From an uncultured Gemmatimonadales bacterium (GTDB taxonomy: Bacteria; Gemmatimonadota; Gemmatimonadetes; Gemmatimonadales; GWC2-71-9): DNA of 64,000 nt. A program made the translations under genes and the position numbers. The stretch is taken from positions 96,001 to 160,000 of the forward strand of contig CAWGED010000019.1 in assembly GCA_963821525.1 (NCBI GenBank), in the 5' to 3' direction. Shown here piece by piece: positions 53,987 through 64,000 of the stretch (the first letter of the stretch is position 1; each line of letters begins with the position of its first letter). A model generated the notes under the pieces. That model was not told the origin of the DNA and did not search any database. It saw only the letters and a list, made by a program, of their open reading frames with translations.

Positions 53987-55030
53987 TGGCTCCCCTCCTG
54001 AGCGTCTTCCAGTCCCATCTTCGCTCGCTCCATCTCGAGGTAGACCCTCACGGCGTTCCGGCGCTCACGGGAATGGAGCGACACCGGTCTCCTATCGTCG
54101 GGCGGAGGCAACGAGGCCAGCGCCTGTCTCATCGAAGTTCCCTTCTCTACTGCTGCTCCCATCGCTTCGCGAAGCTGAGCGAAATATTCCCGGGTCCGCC
54201 GGACCATCGTGGCGGGGTCATCAGGAATCGCATCGTGGCCCGGCACGATGACCTTGGGGCGCATCGAGTCAATCTGGTCCAGCGTCCTGAGCAGCACCGA
54301 GGAGTTTCCATCGACTACCATGGTTACCCCGTCGGGGAGCAGGATATCCCCGGCGAAGAGCGCCCGTTCCCGGGGAAGCCACACCATGAGATCGCCGGCG
54401 GAGTGCGCCGCCCCAGGATGAATGGCAACGATTGTTTTGCCACCCAGGACCAGGGTATCGGTTCCCGTGACCGGACGGTCAGGAGTATTGGCATACTCGA
54501 AGCCTAGAAGCTCCTGGAGTCCTACCACCCCATCCCAGTCCGCCACCATCGCGTCCGGTCCCGCCTCCCCTGCGAGCACCCGGGTGTCCGGATGCGCGAT
54601 GATTTTGGCGCCGACACGCTTGAACTCGATCGCTCCGAACATCATGTCGGGGTGGTGAGCATAGAGAATCAGGTAACGGACCGGCTTGGTGCTTACCGTC
54701 CGAATCGTGCGGATCACCGCCCGGGCCTGCGCCGGACTCGCCACTCCACCGACTGCGACCACCCCCTCCTTCGTTACCACGAATCCGGCGTTGGGGCGTC
54801 CCTCGGCACCCTTGCCTGTGTCTCCCAGCACGGCGTAGACGCCGTCGCCCAGTTTGCGCAGCGGGTAAAGCGTCTCTTCAGTGGTGGGAGAGAATGCGGA
54901 ATGACGGGCGGGAACCTGAGCGTGGGCGGGCGAGGCGGTCAGGGCGGGACAAGGCGGACAAGGCGGACAGCAAGAAGAACCGAGTGACCGCCCTGTCCGC
55001 CCCGTCCGCCTTGACCGCCCTCGTTCTCAC
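53983..55030 (-). CDS. Exported MBL-fold hydrolase (SoxH-like); frameshift near 54945
   Basis: NAGFVV, YAHHPDMMFG (degenerate HxHxDH), AHSAGD, FAGD, VPGH; GTGA overlap with soxZ. Confidence 0.85.
54935..55020. repeat. Inverted pair of 9-mer arrays (GGCGGACAA / TGTCCGCC) inside the 5' end of the MBL gene
   Basis: ggcggtcagggcgggacaaggcggacaaggcggacag ... ctgtccgccccgtccgccttgaccgccc. Confidence 0.85.
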
Positions 55031-55359
55031 GTCCCGAACTTGATGTCTATCGCCGACCGGTATTCCCTGCCCTTGTTGTCCCGCCAGACCAGGGTGAGAG
55101 GAGCCTCGCGATCGGCCCGCAGCATGAAGGTGACCACGGGATCCTTGCTGATGCCCGAGGTCCATTCGAAGCGGGCGATCTCCGTGTCTCCGTACAGCAC
55201 CCGCACATCGTTGATGAACCAGGGCGGGATCAGGTCCGCATTGGCATCGCGGAAAAACCCGGTGTCCATCGGATGCTGCACGATGGTCTGGACCCGGATC
55301 GCGTCGCCCTGCTGGATTCGATCCGGGATCACGATCTTCGCCTTGCCGGTCTCGGCCAT
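55027..55359 (-). CDS. soxZ: Sulfur carrier complex protein SoxZ
   Basis: VQTIVQHPMDTG, FINDV, GISKDP, WRDNKG. Confidence 0.92.
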   Translation of the reverse strand: MAETGKAKIVIPDRIQQGDAIRVQTIVQHPMDTGFFRDANADLIPPWFINDVRVLYGDTEIARFEWTSGISKDPVVTFMLRADREAPLTLVWRDNKGREYRSAIDIKFGT

Positions 55360-55871
55360 CATCCGCACCCGTTGAGCGTGGTCTCGACCTTCATGTAGTC
55401 GGCCCAGAGCTCGTCGTTGTTGGTCTCCACGATCGCGCGGATCCAGCAGGTCCGCTTCATCTTGATCCGGGTCTCGATCTTCACCCGCTCGAACGCCGGC
55501 GTCAGGTGAAATACCGTGACCAGCGGATCCGGATTGTGGTCCACGATGAGGTACACCGCCTTCACATAGGAGTCCGGTGTCATCGGCAGATCGGACTCGA
55601 TGGCGACCGGCACGACGCGGCCGTCCTCCGCGAGAGGCGGCATGTCGAGGGTGACGTGGCCCCGCTTGATCTCCCGGCTCCCGAACCGCTCGCTCATGAT
55701 CTTCTGAACGATTTCGTTGGGTGCTTCGGGATCGTCGGGGCCTTTGAGGAAAGGCAGGAGTTTTGAGACGCCGCCCCGGCTGCCCCCGGCCAGCGACAAC
55801 CCCGCAAGACCGAGGAAGCCCAAAAACGAGCGGCGGCCTACCGGATCCCTATCAGACATCAGCTTCTCCAT
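55359..55871 (-). CDS. soxY: Sulfur carrier protein SoxY with Tat signal
   Basis: GRRSFLG Tat motif, PPLAEDGRVVPV, HNPDP, TRIKM, C-terminal arm TLNGCG. Confidence 0.92.
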   Translation of the reverse strand: MEKLMSDRDPVGRRSFLGFLGLAGLSLAGGSRGGVSKLLPFLKGPDDPEAPNEIVQKIMSERFGSREIKRGHVTLDMPPLAEDGRVVPVAIESDLPMTPDSYVKAVYLIVDHNPDPLVTVFHLTPAFERVKIETRIKMKRTCWIRAIVETNNDELWADYMKVETTLNGCG

Positions 55872-56016
55872 GAAGGCAGGAACAATCTGAATGCAAAGTG
55901 CGGAAGGGGACCGGCAGCGTCAAGCGAGCCAGGAGCGACTCCTGTAAGGATTTCCCTTACGTCGAGTGGGTTCTCCGAGGGGCAGTTCCAGCTCCTCAAT
56001 CGGCAACGACGCAACC

Positions 56017-56702
56017 CTAATCGCTTCGTGATCCCGTTGCCGGCCGGAGGTAGTTGTAGGTCCTCCCAGCCGCCATCATCCCGGTGATAGGCGCGACCCA
56101 GTAGATCCAATGACCGTTCCAGATGCCCCGACAACTGCGGGACCCAGCGACCGAGCCGGATTCATGCTCGCCCCAGTGAGGGGGCCGAGTAAGGCGCAGA
56201 ACCCTACCGTGAAGCCGACAGCTACGCCGCCGGAACCGTTAGCTACCCGACTGTCGGTGGCGACAGCCATGATCACCAGCATCAACACGAACGAGAAGAG
56301 CCACTCGATCAGGAAGGAACGCGCGAGACCGACGTGCGGGAGGGTCGCGCCTGAATTCCCGATCGGCCCGAGGACGAATCGCATCACGGTCGACGCCAGG
56401 ATTGCTCCCAGACACTGGGCGACAATGTATGGAGCCACATCCCGACCCGGGAATCGGCCGACCGACCAGAAGGCAACAGTGACCGCCGGGTTGATGTGCG
56501 CACCCGAGAGATGCCCCAGCGCGTACACGAGCGCTACCACGACGAGAGCGAACGCGAGGGCTATGCCTGTTGGGCCGAGGGCGCCATGGGTGTACGCGTC
56601 TACCATGACCGCCCCGGGGCCAATCAGGACCAGGAAGAAGGTGCCGATGCCCTCGGCGAGCGCTCGGCGCCAGCGGCCCGAGTCCGCCGCAGTCTCTGTC
56701 AT
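56017..56702 (-). CDS. MIP-family aquaporin/aquaglyceroporin in ars operon; frameshift near 56125
   Basis: SGAHINPAVT and GASMNPARS; shifted C-terminus WIYWVAPITG. Confidence 0.93.
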
Positions 56703-56710
56703 TCAGCCGG

Positions 56711-57223
56711 TCAGCTCGTCACTGGTGGGGCTCCGACGCCACCGATTTCGTTGACCTGCTGCTGCAGGGCAAGCTTCTCCAATTTCTCCATCGGAAGAGC
56801 CAGAAAGAGATCGAGCCGACGGCTAATCAGGAGCAGCGTGTCGTCGAAGGCCCGTTCCCGCTCCGTTTCCGTCCCCGTCGCTTCGGCAGGGTCCGGCATG
56901 CCCCAGTGGGCCATTACCGGCTGTCCGGGGAAGATGGGGCACGACTCCTTCGCACGATCGCAGACGGTGATCACAAAGTCCCAGGGCTGCCCCATTACGG
57001 CGTCCAGTCCCTGCGGTGGATGCCCGGTCCAGAAGTAGCCATGCTTTTCCATGGTGGAGATCGCCATGGGATTCACCCGTTCTGCAGGTTGAGAGCCGGC
57101 GCTGTCTGCAATGAATCGCCCCCGCCCCTTCCGATTCAGCAGAGCCTGGGCGATCTGGCTCCGGGCACTATTCCCGGTGCAGACGAAAAGCACTCGAAAC
57201 GGGTGGTTCGACGGGATGGACAT
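56711..57223 (-). CDS. arsC: Arsenate reductase, LMW-PTP (thioredoxin-coupled) type
   Basis: VCTGNSARSQ, TVCD..ESCP, HWGMPDP. Confidence 0.95.
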   Translation of the reverse strand: MSIPSNHPFRVLFVCTGNSARSQIAQALLNRKGRGRFIADSAGSQPAERVNPMAISTMEKHGYFWTGHPPQGLDAVMGQPWDFVITVCDRAKESCPIFPGQPVMAHWGMPDPAEATGTETERERAFDDTLLLISRRLDLFLALPMEKLEKLALQQQVNEIGGVGAPPVTS

Positions 57224-57237
57224 TGTGGAACTCCGGA

Positions 57238-57681
57238 TCAATGCGGCTGGGCCGTGATGGGTTTGGCCATGAATGCGGCCGTCGATGGGCAGAGGTCGGA
57301 GAATTCCGGGGTGTCGCGTATCGGCGCCGGCGCCGAGCCTCGATCGTGCCGCGAATATCCCCGCTTGCCGAAGAAAGGTTCCGCTGTCGTGGTGAGGAGA
57401 AACAGGTCGACGATGCCTTGCTGCGCCGCCAGCTCCTCGGCGGCGTCCACCAGCGTTCCTCCCAATCCGGTGCCACGGATCTCGGGCCGAACGGCGAGCG
57501 ACCTGAGCAAGCCCACCTTCCCGAACAGCTCCAACCCGACCACCGCCGCAAGACCGTGGTCGTCACGGCTGCCCAGGAAGAGGATCGTGCGCTGCTCGAT
57601 GTCTCCGGTTGGGAGTCCGCTTGCCTCGAGGAGCGCCCGAATGGCCGCCGCGTCCTCCCGTCCCAGGGTCCTGACGATCAC
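57238..57681 (-). CDS. arsN2: Arsenic-resistance GNAT acetyltransferase, ArsN2-like
   Basis: GLLRSLAV..RGTGLG, LLTTTAEPFF, EFSDLCPSTAAFM; ars operon context. Confidence 0.88.
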   Translation of the reverse strand: MIVRTLGREDAAAIRALLEASGLPTGDIEQRTILFLGSRDDHGLAAVVGLELFGKVGLLRSLAVRPEIRGTGLGGTLVDAAEELAAQQGIVDLFLLTTTAEPFFGKRGYSRHDRGSAPAPIRDTPEFSDLCPSTAAFMAKPITAQPH

Positions 57682-58541
57682 GCGTGGCCCCCGCAGCATT
57701 CGCTGCCGCAGCAGGCGGTCTCGATGGCAACGGGTTTGGTCGCCCGGATGAACGCCCCCATGAACCGACCCTCGATCTGTGGCGCGATCTTGTCGGCATC
57801 GAGGCCCGCACCCGCGAGAAAGGCCCGGGCGTCCTCGGCCTTGTAGATCCGGGTCGCCTCGACCTCGGCGTCGACGAAACCGGCTGCGGTGAGCTTTTGA
57901 ACGTATTCCCGGTCCTCCAGCGCCCCGGCCACGCAGCCAATCCACAGCTCCATGCTATGCCGGATTTCGCTGGGTACTGAACCACGCACGACCACGTCCG
58001 ACACCGCGAAGCGGCCGCCCGGCTTGAGCACCCGGAATGCTTCGGCCAGCACGCGATCCTTGTCTCCCGAGAGATTGATCACACAGTTGGAAATGATCAC
58101 GTCTACCGACGCATCGGGCAGCGGAATCGCCTCGATCTGACCCTTGAGAAACTCCACGTTCGGCAGCCCAGCCTTGCGTTGATTCTCCCGGGCCAGCGCC
58201 AGCATGTCGTCGGTCATGTCGAGCCCATACGCCTTCCCGGTCGGACCCACTCTCCGGGCAGACAGTAGGACGTCGATCCCACCGCCGGAGCCCAGGTCCA
58301 GTACCGTTTCGCCCTCGTGAAGCTCCGCCAGCGCCGTCGGGTTCCCACATCCCAGTGACCCCAACAACGCCGCCGGGGGGAGTCCTTCGGTCTCGCCCTG
58401 ATCATAGAGGTCCCGGGTGATGGGATCACTCCCGGTTCCGCACGACACGGCGGCACCACAGCAATTGCTAATAGACCCCTCCTGGGCCCGACGCGCCGCC
58501 TGCCCGTACTTCTCCTGCACCACCCGCAACAGGTCCGACAC
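57678..58541 (-). CDS. arsM: Arsenite S-adenosylmethionine methyltransferase
   Basis: [34 protein letters not shown], terminal CC motifs. Confidence 0.96.
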   Translation of the reverse strand: MSDLLRVVQEKYGQAARRAQEGSISNCCGAAVSCGTGSDPITRDLYDQGETEGLPPAALLGSLGCGNPTALAELHEGETVLDLGSGGGIDVLLSARRVGPTGKAYGLDMTDDMLALARENQRKAGLPNVEFLKGQIEAIPLPDASVDVIISNCVINLSGDKDRVLAEAFRVLKPGGRFAVSDVVVRGSVPSEIRHSMELWIGCVAGALEDREYVQKLTAAGFVDAEVEATRIYKAEDARAFLAGAGLDADKIAPQIEGRFMGAFIRATKPVAIETACCGSECCGGHA

Positions 58542-58558
58542 AATCGCCTCGATTCTAC

Positions 58559-58574
58559 ATCAAGAAAGGTTGAT
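58559..58574. promoter_or_regulatory. ArsR-type operator ATCAA-N6-TTGAT upstream of arsM
   Basis: atcaa-gaaagg-ttgat, extended palindrome acatcaa..ttgatg. Confidence 0.7.
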
Positions 58575-58593
58575 GAATAGGTGAAAAAAAGAT

Positions 58594-58917
58594 TTAGCCG
58601 CAGCAGCGCGCGGCGCGCCGTGACAGCAGGTCTTTCCCCAGATCCCCCAGTTGCTCCTGCAAGTCTTCCAACGCGCCAGGAATCAGACTGTAATACGCCC
58701 AGCGTCCTTCCCGGCGGTCCTGCACCAGGCCGGCGTCTTTCAAGGTCTTGAGGTGAAACGAAAGCCGTGACTGTCCCGACTCGAGTGCATCAGTCAGGTC
58801 GCAGACGCACCGCTCTCCGTAGCGCAGCATGGCAAGAATCTGCAACCGCGTGGGATCGGAGAGCGCATGACACGTCTCGCTCAGGCGGACAAGCGGAGTC
58901 GGCAAGAGGGTCGTCAT
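58594..58917 (-). CDS. arsR: ArsR/SmtB repressor
   Basis: ALSDPTRL, ERCVCDL, SFHLKTLKDAGLV, C-terminal CC. Confidence 0.95.
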   Translation of the reverse strand: MTTLLPTPLVRLSETCHALSDPTRLQILAMLRYGERCVCDLTDALESGQSRLSFHLKTLKDAGLVQDRREGRWAYYSLIPGALEDLQEQLGDLGKDLLSRRAARCCG

Positions 58918-58924
58918 GGTCACT

Positions 58925-58953
58925 ATCGTATCAATATTTCCTTGATATGTCAA
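58925..58953 (-). promoter_or_regulatory. arsR promoter TTGACA-N17-TACGAT overlapped by operator ATCAA-N7-TTGAT
   Basis: Read directly; -10 ends 7 nt before the ATG. Confidence 0.75.
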
Positions 58954-58984
58954 GAAGGGGAATGGGGAGGCAACTCGAGGAGGT

Positions 58985-59376
58985 CTTACCGCTCGACTCT
59001 CAATTCCAGTTGATAGGAGGTCGAGGGCTGGAGCGCGAACGTGCCCCGCTGCGCCACCTCGTCCAGACTGGGCGAGATACTGATCCGCGGTTCCCACATC
59101 AGGCACGTATAGCCGGGCGATGACTCCACCGACGACATCACCCGTCACCACGATTCGTGCCCCCGTCCCCGAAGCGGTGGAGAAGATGACGTACGGAGCG
59201 CCCTGAACCGAATCGATGGCGCCATCAACAGTGAGCAGTACTGCTCCGTCATCAGCGTTGGGAGTGGTCAGTACGAGGTCGAGGACTCCCGGGCCGGTGG
59301 GCGCTACCGTCTTGTCATCATCATGGCAGGCGAGAATTGCCACGACGAACGCCAGCGCAACCATGCCCCGCCTCAT
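58985..59376 (-). CDS. Hypothetical lipoprotein, beta-sandwich-like; C-terminal frameshift, end approximate
   Basis: ILAC lipobox; GVLDLVLTTPNADDGAVLLTVDG; ATGA overlap with the M6 protease stop. Confidence 0.7.
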
Positions 59377-61196
59377 CGAGTCCTCCGACGATCTGCCGCA
59401 AGCACGGCCCGCAGCACCTCAGGCGACAAAGCCGTTGAGTTGGCCGAGAGATACGCGAGGAAATCTCCCACGTCGTACCCGCCATTCTTGTTCCCCAGCG
59501 AGTCGAGGTAGGCCAGTTGCAGCGAACCGAGGCTTCCCTTCCCCAGAATCTCATCAATGGCCTGCGGGAGACTCACGTTCACCAGACCCGCGGTCGTCCT
59601 GGTATATCGGAAGGCCACGGAACCGTCCACGTCCTGATAGACCGAGTCCAGCATGAACCCGGCGGTAGCACCCTGGTTGTCTACCGACGCGGGAAACGTC
59701 AGATCACTGAGCGTGCGATTATTCGTCGATCCGGGAAATGGGTCTCCGGGATCTCCCCGGTTCTTTCCGCCAGGCTCACGCAGCTGGTTGAGGCCATCCG
59801 CCTGCACCAGGGCGACACCCTGGATCGGTCCGGTGTTGACCCGGTTCCCCAGCCTGAATCCACGGGCATCAACGATCCCCTGATCGATGTGCCAGACCAG
59901 GAGACCCGGCCCCTTGGCGCAGGAACGGGTACCGAATACGCACGCGTCATTGATTTGCGCGCTGTCACTGCCGATCGCCTGCCGGTTTTCCAGCAGGAAG
60001 TATTCGTCGGTGTTGGGGACCTCGATGTAGAGGACCGTATCGCTCGTGGAGACCGGACTCAGCCGAACCGAGCGCGAGGTTCCCAGCGTATCAATCGCCA
60101 CCCAGCCAAGCTCGGCGAGAGACCACGCCTCGAAGCGGGAGGGGCTGTAGGGCTGGGTGTAGTTACCGCTCCCCATGATTCCCCATTCGCCGATTCCCTG
60201 GGTTACCGACGGGCTGCGCAGGTCGGTGTCGTAGAGATCGGGAAGTCCGAAGGCATGCCCGGTTTCGTGGGCCACCGTTCCCACCGGCATGATGGCGGAT
60301 CCGTTGCACGCGGTGGCCCCGCCAACCGCGCTCTGCATGGTGTAGTCATCTACCTTGATGAACTGCCCGGGAAGGATCGCTCCTCCCGCACCACGCCGCG
60401 GGCTTTTCGTTGTGTATGGCGAGCCGTTCCAGGCGCTCATGAAGTAGCGGTGAGCCCAGATGCCCGGTGCACCACAGGCTCCGTCTACTTTGGGCTGCAG
60501 GAAGGTGACGAAATCCACCACGCCGTCGTCATCCCCCGAGTTCGGCAGACCATCCGGTCCGTCGTTGTCGAACTGGCCCCAATCCAGCACGCCCGTATCG
60601 TTGGCCTTGAGCGCCTCGAGGAGCAGGTTGACGAAGGGGCGCCCGCCGTGCGGACATGAGACCTTCACCCCGACGCCGTTGCAACCGTCTTCGTAGTACA
60701 GATCGGCGCTGTCGGCCACGACCCAATCCAGCACCACCCCGCTGATGGTGACCGATCCGCGGGACATCTCCCGGTAGTAACTGCGGACGCTGTACGGCTC
60801 GGCGCTGGGCGACGGGTTGAACAGGACGTTCTCGTACTGGGCGGCGGGGAATGGCGGAGCTGTGTTATTGAAGGTGATCGGGACGACGGGAACGAAATAG
60901 GTACCTGCGACACGCGTCATCGCGCCACGACCGTTCAGAACCGACAGAGCGCGCAGGCCGAGCAGCCCAACCCGGTTGGATCGCACCCGCTCCGAACCCT
61001 TGCGCCAGGCCCCTTCAGGACGGAAATCGAGCCCGTCAACCTCGAATCGTCCGATCCGGGAGCGCGGGTATGCTTCCTGCGCCCGCACCGCCGCGACCTG
61101 GACCTGACAGAGGCATCCGACCAGGCCAATGACGGTCGAAAAGTATCGATAGCGGTTGGACACTAATAAACCGGCTTGGGCTGAGTTCAGGCTCAA
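59373..61196 (-). CDS. M6 (immune inhibitor A-like) metalloprotease; start uncertain
   Basis: SVRSYYREMS, FDNDGPDG, IWAH, VAHETGHAFGLPDLY, EYFLLENRQ, GLLVWHID. Confidence 0.92.
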   Translation of the reverse strand: MSLNSAQAGLLVSNRYRYFSTVIGLVGCLCQVQVAAVRAQEAYPRSRIGRFEVDGLDFRPEGAWRKGSERVRSNRVGLLGLRALSVLNGRGAMTRVAGTYFVPVVPITFNNTAPPFPAAQYENVLFNPSPSAEPYSVRSYYREMSRGSVTISGVVLDWVVADSADLYYEDGCNGVGVKVSCPHGGRPFVNLLLEALKANDTGVLDWGQFDNDGPDGLPNSGDDDGVVDFVTFLQPKVDGACGAPGIWAHRYFMSAWNGSPYTTKSPRRGAGGAILPGQFIKVDDYTMQSAVGGATACNGSAIMPVGTVAHETGHAFGLPDLYDTDLRSPSVTQGIGEWGIMGSGNYTQPYSPSRFEAWSLAELGWVAIDTLGTSRSVRLSPVSTSDTVLYIEVPNTDEYFLLENRQAIGSDSAQINDACVFGTRSCAKGPGLLVWHIDQGIVDARGFRLGNRVNTGPIQGVALVQADGLNQLREPGGKNRGDPGDPFPGSTNNRTLSDLTFPASVDNQGATAGFMLDSVYQDVDGSVAFRYTRTTAGLVNVSLPQAIDEILGKGSLGSLQLAYLDSLGNKNGGYDVGDFLAYLSANSTALSPEVLRAVLAADRRRTR

Positions 61197-61355
61197 GTTA
61201 GCGGCAAAACCACGCCGGGGCGGGACCGTAACGACGCGGCGGGGTACGGGTTAATGCCTAACCCCATTCCCCAGCTTGTGTCGAGTTGTCCAACCCGTTA
61301 GAATGTAACGGGTTAGTGACGATCCCTCATCGGCCAGCGATTGAATCGAGGCACC

Positions 61356-63699
<2,344 letters not shown>

Positions 63700-63703
<4 letters not shown>

Positions 63704-64000
63704 AGGCGCTGGTGACCGGGGCGACGGGGTTCGTCGGGAGTCACCTCGTCGAAGCCCTGGTTGGGAATGGGGATGAAGTCACCGCGCTGGTCCGCTCCCC
63801 CGGCAAAGCCAAACTCCTCACACAACTCGGGATTCGGCAGGTCCCCGGCGATCTGTACGACGCGGCCGCCCTGGCCAACGCGGTACGGGACCAGGACGTG
63901 GTCTACCACGTCGCCGGCGTGACCGCCGCGCGCAACGAGGCGGACTTCCTTCGCGCCAATCGAGACGGGACCCACAATCTCCTCGCTGCCGTACATTCAT
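63700..64000 (+). CDS. NAD-dependent epimerase/reductase (CerR-like by context), truncated by window end
   Basis: MKALVTGATGFVGSHLVEAL..VYHVAG; ATGA overlap with the GNAT gene. Confidence 0.85.

Noticed and set aside
58594..59376. Lipoprotein-ArsR fusion suggested by the 260-aa ORF
   Set aside because: arsR has its own promoter, operator and ATG at 58917. The join arises from an indel in the lipoprotein 3' end.

Overview
A GC-rich bacterial chromosomal window. Gene content and protein style suggest Gemmatimonadota (inference). Many single-base indels break otherwise intact genes, which is most simply explained by long-read assembly error. Left to right: N-acetylmuramoyl-L-alanine amidase (partial), smpB, tRNA-Leu(CAG); an Rrf2-cysM-JAMM-[ThiS/MoeB/rhodanese fusion] sulfur-carrier operon; fumarase/aspartase; flippase-like and GT4 genes, a tiny Cys-rich ORF, MBL hydrolase, trxB, two SDRs, PHP; 2-oxoacid dehydrogenase E1a/E1b/E2; membrane pyrophosphatase, ino1 and a CDP-alcohol phosphatidyltransferase; a peptidoglycan-recycling cluster (NamZ, NagZ, AmiE-like, SSS symporter, BadF-type kinase) with iscA inside it; APC permease; tonB-exbB-exbD-exbD and a second TonB-like gene; two-component genes; ALDH, AhpE-type peroxiredoxin, SOD; a two-component pair plus an exported four-domain rhodanese; tRNA-Ala(TGC); Ser/Thr kinase, DUF4136, PP2C; a candidate structured RNA with its own promoter and terminator; soxY-soxZ-MBL-rhodanese with no other sox genes in the window; an arsR-arsM-arsN2-arsC-aquaporin operon; an M6 protease with a partner lipoprotein; and spt-bCerS-like-reductase (ceramide pathway, cut by the window end). 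The most unusual signals are the orphan periplasmic SoxYZ/rhodanese relay, about 13 locus-specific 7- or 9-mer repeat arrays (mostly inverted pairs, one of which encodes a signal peptide), the 4-hairpin RNA at 52.5 kb, the ThiS-MoeB polyprotein beside a JAMM protease, and the co-occurrence of ceramide and inositol-lipid genes.
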